From positions 1,720,502 through 1,780,060 of the forward strand of contig NW_003314280.1 of NCBI RefSeq assembly GCF_000143415.4: a stretch of 59,559 bases of DNA. Reading direction: 5' to 3'. Positions 37,401-50,172 of this stretch are shown in pieces. Numbering within the stretch: position 1 is the first letter of the stretch; each line of letters begins with the position of its first letter. Made by a program: the position numbers and the translations under genes. The notes beneath the pieces were generated by a model that was not told where the DNA came from, did not search any database, and worked only from the letters and a program-made list of their open reading frames with translations. The DNA is from Selaginella moellendorffii (lineage: Eukaryota; Plantae; Lycopodiophyta).

Positions 37401-38086
37401 GCTTTTTTATTTATGGTTGACAACGATTTAGAAATGATATAGCAAAAGGTTGCAACTTTTAAAGCCAGGCCAGACGATCTTATTCATCCTGCAGCAGAAT
37501 TTCAACAGCGTGTTGATAGTTATGGTACATCCTTGAAGCGAGCAAAACCTTTGGTGGAAAAAATTACAAGTAAAAGAAAAGCTTCTAATAGTCTAGAAGC
37601 AACTCCTTTTATTAGGCAGAGGAAGACAAGAAAGAAAAGCTCTTTAAACGAAAAACTCAATCTTAGCAAAGAATAAATAAAAAACAAACTCTTTATATAC
37701 TTACATTGCATATATTTAAATTAGTGAGAAGATTTCATAAGTTTACCACTCCTAATGGTCATCCATGACACTCATTGGCCACGTAAAGCATGTAGGAAGG
37801 CGTCCACGCGGGCGCTGATTGAAATTTGGCTAAGTGTTGGGGCTGTGGCCACGTGCAAGTAATTTTAGGGCGCACGCTGGGCGCGGGCGGACGTGCGGGG
37901 GCGGGTGGGAGTGCGGGCGAGCGGGCGGGCGAGAGCCGCGGGCGGGCGATAGCCGCAGGCGGGAGTGCGCAGTGGCGACGGACGGGAGAGGGAGTGCGCT
38001 GGAGATAAAACAAAAAGGACGGCTGTGCCATGTCATCGCCAGGTAAGTGGAGAGAGAGTGAATCAGGATGGTGTTTAACGGGAGGC
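34474..38086 (+). mobile_element. Full-length Mutator-like element (MULE), 3613 bp, with inactivated transposase
   Basis: GC-rich TIRs of about 250-270 bp begin GCCTCCCGTTAAACACCATCCTGATTCACTCTCTCTC. 9-bp TSD AACACTGAC at 34465-34473 and 38087-38095. Empty site at 7544-7552. Confidence 0.97.
34808..37677 (+). pseudogene. MULE DDE transposase with SWIM zinc finger
   Basis: LSLDTTFGTN, GNGIPIAW, IMIDD, CIWHV, TNSSIEAFH and WCNCPWATKRNFCKH. Several premature stops. Confidence 0.92.
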
Positions 38087-38776
38087 AACACTGACACCGC
38101 CTTGTAGGCTACTTAGGACTCTAAGAATTGCAAAGCACTCTCGGTGATTGGACTGAGTCTTTGAATTCATTCATCTTCTTGATCTGGGATTCTCTCTCCC
38201 AAGTCTATGATGTATGCATGATGATTAGAAGCCAATGGGAAAGGTCCTGCGTAATCAAGGCTCCACCTTGAGAATGGTGCCTCTGGTGCAATAGGATGTA
38301 ATGGGAGCTTTCCCATAGAGTCAGCCAGAAATACCCGCCTGCAACACCTTTTGGCTGGTCGTTAGAGCAGCAAAATGACCACCACAGTCATGGACAGCAG
38401 CTAGCAAAATTGGTTCTTACCTAAAAGTTTTTTCTTTTCACACCGTAAAATCTTGATATGAAGTTGCACTTATGGAGTATATAGATGAAATGAATGTGAT
38501 GAACCTCCTTGAGAGGTCCATCTGGAAGCCTGATCACCACCATGTTACAGCCTTCCAGCTGAAGTGGTCATTTATCGCCAATGTAAACCTGTTATGAAGC
38601 ATGGAGAGGCTTTTAAGTGTGAAACACAAACCTCAAGGGAGTCATGTGAAATGAAGCACTGCAATCCAGCCATAACACCTCCAGAGTAGACACTGGTGAT
38701 AGAGAAAAACTCACCTTTTCACCAATTGCCTCTTAAATTGTTAATATGTTGCCTAAAAGATTGTTGACAATACCTT

Positions 38777-40969
38777 ATAGATGTCTGGATTTTTGTGTGT
38801 GTAATGCTTTGTTGACTTCATTACTTTGGTATGGTTATGTACACAATGGTATGGGTGTGACACTTGGCATTTAGTGTCTTGCATGGATGACTTGACTTGT
38901 TTGCTGATGAGGAGACTTGTCATCACTCATCTCCACAAGGCCGTGGCATGGTGGTGATCAAGTTTCTAGATGGACCTCTCACATTCACTTTGTCGTAATG
39001 CAGCCTTGGATCAAGGCTTTACCACCACTTTTTTCACAAAAGGGTGCACAACATGAGCTCATCTATAGCTAGTGGTGTTTGGTATGAAACTCTCTACTAT
39101 TTAATGCAGAACTAATATTTCCAACTTAAGTGCTTACTTTTCAAACACATAAAATCATTGAGCTATGGCACCGCCACCAACTCTGTGAAGAAAGTGGTGG
39201 TAAAGCAACAATCAATGGTGACGAAGTCAATGTGATGAACCTCTTTGAGAGGTCCATCTGAAAACTTGATCACCACCATGCCATGGCCTTGTGGAGATAA
39301 GTGACGGCAAGTCTCCTCATCAGCAAATAAACCAAGTCATCCATGCAAGACACTAAATGCCAAGTGTCACACCCATACCATTATGTATATAACCATACCA
39401 AAGTAATGAAGTCGACAAAGCATTACACACACACAAATCTAGACATCTACATGGGTTTGTTTCAATCCTCATGGCATGTCAATGAATGAGATTTGCACAC
39501 CTTAGCTTGCAACAAGCTCATAGAAAGCATCATTTGGGCATGTGTGAAACTGGCCATCTTGACAAGCAAATTTACCTTCCATTCACATCAAGAACCATGA
39601 AGTAGGCTTGTTAGATCTGATTCATAATGACATGTGCTACCTACTTATGGAAACATTTAGCCACAAGAGGTACTTTTTGTCTTTTATCAATGACCATTCT
39701 AAGTACACTATGGTGAGTCTTCTCTATGCAAAGAGTGAAGTGTTTAACCACGTCAAGCTTTTCAAGAGCTGGGTAAAGACCTTTACTGGAAGGTGCTACA
39801 CACGGATGGTGGTGGCAAGTATATGAGCAGTGAGTTTTTGAACTTCCTGATTGAGGCTGGCATCATTCATCAGTATACAATAGCATATACTCCCCAGCAG
39901 AATAGCATGGCAAAGCAACTCAATCACACTCTATTAGAGACTATCCTTTCCATATCAAGATGGTTAAGGATTTCTATTCTTAGCCTTATATGGGATGATA
40001 CACTATTACCTCCAATTAGATGTGGCTCATCAACTGGATTAAGACTTACTTTGTTGCCAAATTCAAGATGACCAATATGGAAGAATTGCACTATTACTTG
40101 AGAGTTTAGATAGGTAACATGGAGTACTAAAGCTCTCCTAAGAGAAATACATCCATGACATTCTCCAAAGGTACTCTATGCTTAATGCTAACTTGAGTGG
40201 ATAATCCTATGGAAGTAGGCTCAAAGTTGTCTAAGGCTTCTAGCTTAACATCAACTTCAAATGACACTTTTGAAGAGGACAACACAACACTATATTGTTT
40301 AATGATTGAGAGTCTCATCTACTTGATAGTCTCAACTAGGCCTAACCTCACATTTGCTGTGGGAGTACTCTCGGGCTGCTGTGAAACGGATCATGAGGTA
40401 TATAAGTGGTACAAGGAAATACACACTAAAATACAGAAGAGGAAATGTGTATAACCATAATGTGGTTAGTTGATGTTTCAGGAGGCAGCAGATCACTATG
40501 ATGTCCTTGTGCGAGTCTAAATACATCAGATTTGCAACAGCAGTGAAAGAAGCCATCTGGCTTAAAATGTTACTGCAAGACTTAGGGATACAAATTTGAA
40601 TAGTATGTTGGCAATAGTGTTCACTTGGGATGTGAGATTTCACTCATGCACCAAGCACAATGGAACCATCAACTTGAATTTTGCTCAACCACCTCAATGG
40701 TTGCCGATATCCTGACGAAGTCCCTGCCTCAAGTGAAACATGAAGTCTTCCTCAAATCTTTTCATTTGACTGACAGTGAGAGCCTTGAGAAGGAGTGTGG
40801 AGATGAGTGACAACAAGTCTCCATGTCAACAAACAAAACCAAGTCATCTATCCAATGCCAAACATCACACCCACACCATTATGTATGTAATCATACCAAA
40901 GCAATGAAATCAACAAAGCATTCCACACACAAAAATCCAGACATCTACATATACTTCATTTTTGCAACA
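38777..40969 (+). mobile_element. Second copy of the degenerate copia with its LTR-derived inverted repeat; 3' LTR 40796-40969
   Basis: Integrase HTDGGGKYMSSEF, RT (LIYLIVSTRPNL) and RNase H ADILTKSLP. PPT GAGAAGGAG then TGTGGAG...TTGCAACA. Confidence 0.87.
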
Positions 40970-42452
40970 GACCCTCCTTGGCAAGATGCTTTGGCAGCAT
41001 CCTAGTGGATGTTATGCTTTATGCTGACAAGCACCCAATGTCCCTGTTCCTCCTAGACAAGGCTTGTAAAGAGTATGTTGAAGACGAATTCTTCCGCAAG
41101 AAGAGACGTTTGGGCATTTCTCTACTGGATCCGGAGACGGGAAATGAACTCTACATGACTGCCAAACTGGAAAGCCCGGAGAAGTACCTGGACGAAAAGA
41201 GAGACTGGAAATGGTCCTGCTTACCTTCAGGACAGCTGAGCCCTTTGAATGCATCCGAGACTATTCACCCTTTAAAGCTTTCAGCTGGAACACTCTGATT
41301 TGTTGCCCTTGGAAGTTCAAACCGGTAGCCTGGATAGCCTCTCCAACCCACCTCCGGCCAAATCACATATCTTTTCTTGAGTTTGTTCACGAGGTTGGCC
41401 TTGAGCTTTGGTGAGCGATAGACTGTGCCCTTCAAGCGCTCTAAAGCCGCTTCACGATGTACCGAGTTGGTGCAAAAAGATCCATTGCGAACATAGCCCT
41501 TTGAACACAGATGCGGGATCTCTAAGCTTCTCTACATCCTCTGCGTACCTGTTCTTGATGCCAGCATTATCAGGCCAGATAACTGGAAGCCGCACCAGGC
41601 AGTATACAACTCGTTCAAGTATGTGGATCGCGTGCTAGCGTGGGTAAAGCCGCGAGTGTTACATATCCTTGCACTCCAGGTCACTGTTAGTCCGGAAACA
41701 CACAGGAAAACAGATGGTATACTGGACATTGCGTGGTGCACACTGTGTACATCTGCCCAGCCCCGACCAAGAGCACAGCTGTTTCACACAGTGCAGAGGA
41801 AGGGAAAGTAGCGTACACGACGCATGAGCTTGAGCTGGGCCAGTGCTTTACCAACCTTGGACAGGATGAAATAGGAACTGGTAAGGAAATTAGAAGTATG
41901 TGCCAGTGGGGCTATCAAGCTAGTCTTAAAGACCCTTCCCCATGAGAAGCAGAAACTCTTGAAAAAGGCCAAGGAACAACCCAGCGGAGCCAGGGCATGG
42001 CTGGAAAACGAGTGCCGTACCGAGGCAAGTATGGTATTCGGGATCCTTCTCAGAAACAATACCCAAATGTGCATTCCCTCCTCGAGGCAATGACCGTCTA
42101 GTTTTGATACTTGAATCATTGTTTGAGCCACTATTGCAGTGTTGGTGTGCGTAGATTTTTTAATTTTATTTTGGACCTTCTCACGTACTGGTGTGAAAAC
42201 TTGGTTTTGTGTTACTTCATCACTTTGTGGGATGTTGTTCGTCAGCAACTTGAGGAACTTTGTTGTTATTCAGTCTGGTGTATTGTCGAACTTTGATGTC
42301 GTCAGCAAGACAATTGCATACGCAAAAACAAAGTTGATGGAACATCAAGCAAACTCAATCAAACGCTAGGTCGCTTTTTGCTCCGTTGTTTACTAAGAGG
42401 TTACTGATCATTCTTGTGTGGGAGAGCCGTGGTCAAACTTTAGGGCCATTTG

Positions 42453-43769
42453 ATGGACAGCGAGAAGAAGGTGTGTGTCACTGGCGCTTCTGGTTTCCTG
42501 GCATCTTGGCTCGTGAAGCGGCTACTGGAGGAGGGATATTACGTCGTCGGGACTGTGCGCGATCCAGGTACATAGAAACGAGACGAAACCCCCCTCATTC
42601 TCTTGTTTGTGATATAGACGATGCGAGCAAGACTTCCCACCTGTGGGAGCTTCCGGGGGCGAGAGAGAGGATTGTGCTCAAGAAGGCCGACCTTATCACG
42701 CCAGGCACCTTTGACGATATTGTCCAAGGCTGCCATGGAGTTTTCCATATCGCGGCTGCCGTGACTAACCGGTACAAGGAGGATCCACTGGTAACTTCGC
42801 TTGACTCCATCGATTCAACAGCTCTCTGGCAGCTTCGGTCTAGTCTTGTATCTCGAACTTTTACTGTCTCTTTTTTCTTGTTCTTTGGTTCTTCTTCCAG
42901 ACCGAGATTGTTGATCCATGCGTGCTTGGAACTCTGAACGTGCTTAATGCCTGCAAACGATCCACAACAGTCAAGCGAGTGGTGTGCACGTCATCCGTGG
43001 CTGCTGTTAGCGCGAGGAACGACTTCAAGCCCGATGACGTCTTGGATGAATCGGTTTGGAGCGCCCCGGACTTCTGTCGGGAGATCGAGGTAAGTTTCTT
43101 ATTTCCATGAGCAAAGATTCTTACAAGTTTCTCAAGTCTAGATGTGGTATGGTCTGGGGAAGACTCTATCCGAGCAAGCAGCACTCGAGTTTGGGAAAGA
43201 AAACGGCTTAGATGTGATCACAATCGCGCCCAGCTTAATCGTTGGAGAACTACTCTCGTCCAGGGCCACCGCAAGCGTTGCCGATATTATCCTACAGCTC
43301 CGAGGTAAAGCCTTAATTACAATCTCGGAAGAAAAACAAAAATGATTTCAGATTCCATGCGGGAGCCAAGCAGTGGTTCAATTACGCTGGATACGTCCAT
43401 CTCGACGACGTTGCTCAAGCTCACCTCCTCGCTTATACAAATCCCAAAGCCAGTGGAAGATACGTTTGTTCTGCGATCAACATGAGTACTATCGACCTCG
43501 CCAGCTTCTTGTCCAAGCGGTATCCCAAGCACCAAATCGCCTCCACCGACGAGTAAGATCACGCAAAAAAAAGCTTTGTTTTCTGTCGCTGTTTTATTCT
43601 CATTCCTTTGCTTTCTTGCAGGATCGAGGTCGTCTCTCTGGCAGAGTTGAAGGGATTCAGCTCCAGAAAGCTTCAAGATGAGCTTGGGCTCCAATTCAAG
43701 TCTCTGGAGCAAATGTTTGACGATTGCATTGCGAGCTTGGAGCGCAAAGGCCTCTTAACTTTGAGTTAG
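42453..43769 (+). CDS. DFR/CCR/TKPR-like reductase, copy D (6 exons; intron-4 acceptor altered)
   Basis: [38 protein letters not shown] and YVHLDDVA, ending RKGLLTLS*. All donors are GT. The acceptor CAG is changed to CGG near 43361. Confidence 0.8.
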
Positions 43770-44646
43770 TAGTTTACTGCAACTCAAATAACACGAACAC
43801 ACTTCTTCTCCTTGAATAAAATCTCTCTGATTTGATCCAAGAATTAAAACAAAGAAGATAAAAGTGGACGAGTATAATATCTCTCTCTGTCTCAATTCTT
43901 CCAGCAAGAAAAAAAAATGCTCCAACTTTTACATTTGAAGTTTTTGCTGGATGCTCTCCACGTGCACAACTTTCTGGGCGATCCATCAAAGGCCAATTTC
44001 TGCAGATTCGTACAGGTCTTAGAGGAACGACTGCATGGCTCTTCGGAGCTACGGACTCTATATTTATCTATCTCAAGCAACTTTATGAAAATCATTAGCA
44101 TTATTTGGCTTGGGTTGGGTATTGGATTTTCAAGGGTAAGTTGCCAACAGACCGTTGGCATTAGCCTTGTCTGATCTCTGACTTTGGTGCTGACCCGTTA
44201 CTTAGCCAACTTAGTTGGTTTGAGGCAAAGGCTCTTCTTCTTCAATATCAAACTCTTGCTGTGGTAGAGCATATACTGATTTTGCTCCATTGATTACTAT
44301 ATCAGACAAGACCTTTGCCATGTTGATTAAGGCACTTGACACAGTGGCAAGTAACCTTTCACTCAACTTAGTGAGGAGTTCACTCTTTGCGCTTTTGTAA
44401 TGTGTGTTTGAGGAAAGGTGGTCCAGCCCGACAATGTGATAGTTATTCCGCATCTGTTATTAGTTACCAGGTAGATGAATCATCCCAGATTTATGTTTTA
44501 GCTTTACAGGTTAATATACATCATCGCTCAAGCGAAGGGAATGAAAGTTCCATTGCATTGTCCAGCTTGAATAGTTAAAAAGCACTGTTTCCCGGTTACT
44601 GATAATTCTTGTGAGAGAGAGCCGTGTTCAACTTTAGGGTCATTCC

Positions 44647-45926
44647 ATGGCGATGGCGACACCACCGCCGTCGTTCCAGACGACGTCGATCCATGCCCGG
44701 CGAATCCCTCGTCAGTGCTCAAGAACACGCTGTGCAAGCTCTCGCGAAACTCACCCTTTTCGAAGCTTGGTTTCCTTCGTGAAGCGGCTACTGAAGGAGG
44801 GACATCACGTTGTCGGGGTACTTAGGCTAATCGATTCTACTTAGAAATTGCTTTTGTTGTTTGTGCGAGCTTCCGGGGGAGAGAAAGAAGGCCGACCTTG
44901 TCACGGAATTAGGCGCCTTTGACGATATTGTCCAAGTTTTCCATCTCGCGGGCCGTGACTTTCAGCTACAAGGAGGTAACTTTGCTTGACTCCTTCGATT
45001 CAACAGCTCTCTGCCAGCTATGGTCTAGTCTTGTATCTCGAACTTTTACTGGTTCGCTTTTTCTTGTCTTTGGTTCTTCTTCCAGACCGAGATTGTTGAT
45101 CCATGCGTACTTGGAACTCTGAACGTGCTCAATGCCTGGAAACAATCCACAACAGTCAAGCGAGTGGTGTGCACGTCATCCGTGGCTTCTGTTAGTGCGA
45201 GGAACGACTTGATGAATCGGTGTGGAGCTCCCCAGACTGCTGCCGTGAGATTGAGGTAAGATTCTTATTTCCACAAGCAAGAAAGAACGAATTCTTACAA
45301 GTTTTTCAAGTCCAAATGTGGTATGGTCTGGGAAAGACTCTACCCGAGCAAGCAGCACTCGAGTTTGGGAAAGAAAACGGCATAGAGGTGATCACAATCG
45401 CTCCCAGCGTCGTGGGAGAACTTCTCTCGTCCAAGGCCACGCCACCGCAAGCGCTGCCGATATTCTCCGACTGCGAGTGATCTCGAAAGCAGAACAAAAA
45501 TAGTTTTGAGATTCCAAACACATTGTAGGAGCCACGGACTGTTTCGATCAGGCTGGATACGTTCATCTCGACGACGTTGCTCAAGCTCACCTCCCTGCCT
45601 ATACGAATCCCAAAGGCACTGGAAGATATGTTTCTTCGATCAACATGAGCTCTACCGAGCACGCCAGCTTCCTGTCCAAGACGCATCCCAAGCACCAAAT
45701 CGTCCCCCTCCTCCCCCGACGAGTAAGATCACGCAACAATTTTTTTTAATTTTTCTCGCAGTTCTCATTCCTTTTCATGCTTGCAGGATCGAGGTCGTCA
45801 TATTTCACGGGATTCAACTCCACAAAGCTTCAGGACGATCTTGGGATCCAATTCAAGTCGCTGGAGCAAATGTTTGAGGATTGCGTTGACAGCTTCGAAC
45901 GCAAAGGCCTCATAACTCGAGTTTGA
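44647..45926 (+). pseudogene. DFR/CCR-like copy E, degenerate
   Basis: Mirror of copy C. Foreign sequence at about 44660-44767 replaces the start of the Rossmann fold. Confidence 0.9.
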
Positions 45927-46453
45927 TAGTTGACTTTAATGCTAAGGAAATCCTCCTTGAATAAAGTCTCTGTGATTGTGATCGAGCATCCAAGAAAACA
46001 GAGAACAAGATTAAAGTCCATGTGTAGAATACCTTTGTCATCAATGCCTGTCTAAATCGTTTGGGATTGGCAGACACTAGTTTCTAAAATGTACACTCGA
46101 ACATCCATTCAAACCATCTTCGCTCGCATGTCTTCAATGCAGAATTTGTGCCGATTGTGTAGTCGTCAAAGACGAACCCAAATTTGTGTCAATCGCTGCA
46201 GCGACCCAGTCTCGCAAAAACTCTTTTCTAATTTCCACTCTTTATACGATGCTTGCCACTATTTCGTGTCCTAGTGAAACAAAACTTGGTGTAAAAGTTC
46301 CATACCACCACGTTTGACCGGCAAACAGTGAGAGTTTGACTGGCACTGCGCTGGTCAACCCTGCCACCTCCGAGAAAGAAAAAAACAAATGCGAAGGTTT
46401 TACATGCCGGGTGCCATTCCGGGAACCAGCCAATTCCTGTGAACCCTCCCTGC

Positions 46454-46459
46454 TATAAA
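46454..46459 (+). promoter_or_regulatory. TATA box of the intact OMT
   Basis: TATAAA 215 nt upstream of the ATG, followed by a pyrimidine-rich tract. Conserved in all four copies. Confidence 0.65.
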
Positions 46460-46668
46460 TTGGAGCCTCCTCTCTCACATCTCCATAAATCGACGATCAT
46501 AACTGAGGTCCACTCTACAAATTTGGAGCTCTTCCATCTCTAATTCCAGTTCTAATCCCAGTTCTCCTAATAGATTCTAAAAAATCGAGAGAATCGATCG
46601 CAAGTGCAAGTCTCCTGCTGTCGAAAGCTCTCCCCAATTGCTGATCGGATTTTGCGCCCTTGATCCAA

Positions 46669-47992
46669 ATGGCAATGACGTCGCCTCTATCGATCCACGA
46701 TCCTCTGTTCTTCGACGATGATGACCAATCCATTGGCGAGGTTCGCAATTCCCAATTTACCGAGGACGAGATCCTTGGCCGCATGGAATGCCTGGGCATG
46801 ATCCACGCCTTCGTCACGCCCTTTGTGCTCAACGCCGCCATCAAGCTCCGGGTCTTCGACATCGTCGCGCACGCCGCAATTCCTCCCACCGCGGAGGAGA
46901 TCATGGCCAAAATCTCCTCCTCGTCCTCATTCGCCGCCACCGCCCCCGCCGCCACTCCCCAGCTCGGGGTGCTCCGCCGGATCCTCCGGTTCCTGTCGCA
47001 GAGAAAGGTCCTCCGCCACGTCAGCCGAGACGACGGCCACGTCGGCTACGCGCTCACGGGAATCTCCACGTGGCTGGTCCGGAGCCGCGCCAGGTCGGAC
47101 TACCTCGCCCCGCTGCTCGCCATGGAAATGCATGCCAGGTGTCAGGCGTCGTGGCAGAGGCTCCACGAGGTCGTGCTCGACGGCGGCGATGCGTTTGATC
47201 GTGCGAACGGGAACTACTTCTGGGACACCGGCCGCCATGACGCGCAGTTTAACCGCGTGGTAAACGACGCGATGATCGCGTTTAGCACCGCCACCATGTC
47301 GCTCGTGCTCGAGAGCTACCGTGGATTCGCGGGCATCCGACGGCTGGTGGACGTTGGCGGCGGCATGGGCCACTCAGTGGCCAAGATCGTGGAGGCATAC
47401 CCCCAGATCCAGGGAGTTAACTACGACCTCTCGCATGTCATAACGACGGCGCCGAAAATCCAAGGTAAAAATGCTTGCCGCTGACCTGGGCCTGTGAGAG
47501 TCTTACACGCGGCTGGCTTACATTTGCAGGCGTGGAGCACGTCAGCGGGGACATGTTTGAGAGCGTGCCCGCGGCGGATGCCATTTTCATCAAGGTGAAG
47601 CTATTACTTCTTACTTGGCGGCTAGATTAATTAACGCTGGATTTGCATTAATGCAGTCGGTTTTACATAATTGGGACGACGAGCACTGCGTCAAGCTCCT
47701 CAACAATTGCTACCGAGCGCTCCCGCAAGATGGGAAGCTCATAATCGTGGATATCATCTACAAGTCGAGCGATACTTTCGCAGCGCTGGAGGCCAACTTG
47801 GACATGATCATGCTGGCCTACACCACGGGCGGGCAGGAGAGAACTCCCAACGAGTGGGAAGAGCTTCTCATCTCTTGCGGCTTTGGCGGGATCACGTTCC
47901 ACACAAACATGCCGACCAAGGAGGGAGTGATCGAGGCTTACAAGATGGTAGAGTTGCGGGACGACGAGCAAGAGAGGATCTCAAGGCTGTGA
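46669..47992 (+). CDS. COMT-type SAM-dependent O-methyltransferase, 398 aa; exons 46669-47464, 47530-47594, 47657-47992
   Basis: Dimerisation domain (AAIKLRVFDIV, LRRILRFL), LVDVGGGMG, YDLSHV, GDMFESVPAADAIFIK, SVLHNWDDEHC and GGQERT. GT-AG introns are in frame. Confidence 0.95.
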
Positions 47993-48672
47993 ACGAGAGA
48001 GATGCTTAAGATCTCCATGGAACAACCATGGAGATTTTAAATTCTAAACTGTACATAAATCAAAGCAAAGTCTTCAAAAACATACTTTACATCTGTTATC
48101 TAAACTGTACAAGAATCAAAGCAACGTTTTTAAACAATGTGGATCATACTGCTTGCGAGTAGCAAAGTTTTCTAGCGAGCTTTGCGATATCGTTGGATCC
48201 TGGCTCGTCTTTTCCAATCCTCGAGTCGGCGAAAACCACACACAAACCTGTCGCGCCTGCCAAAAACCACACACGAGTCAACGACCTTAAACATCATCCT
48301 GGCACAAATAGAGAGGGCACAGTGAGAAAAACAAAAACAATCAAAGAGTTTTCTCCTCGAGTTCTTGACAAAAACCTTTGCTTGGTTTGAGCTCCAGATT
48401 CAAAGTAACTGGAACGGTCAGACGAGGAATGCATCAGCCATTCACGCGAAGAGAAGAAACTTTCCAGAGATCTCAAGAGTCGCACAAACGAGGAAACGTT
48501 TTAAACGCCTACTAGTCAAATCGATCACCCACCAAAACAAGGAAAAGAATAAGAAAGATCTAGGAACTCTAGAGCTCTACGCATAGCACGGCCAGCTATG
48601 TCAACACCAAATCCCCCAGAGAAAGACGTACCTCTCACGTATGACCACATGAACCGCTCGAGCGCGGATCCA

Positions 48673-50172
<1,500 letters not shown>

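Noticed and set aside
42439-42445. TTTAGGG motifs (also near 3373, 13150, 32860, 44633) as telomeric repeats
   Set aside because: Single copies, mostly within the duplicated reductase 5' UTR, with no array.
46669-47992. Calling this the known Selaginella syringyl-lignin COMT
   Set aside because: That gene is described as adjacent to a P450 F5H. No P450 is in the window and orthology cannot be shown by eye.
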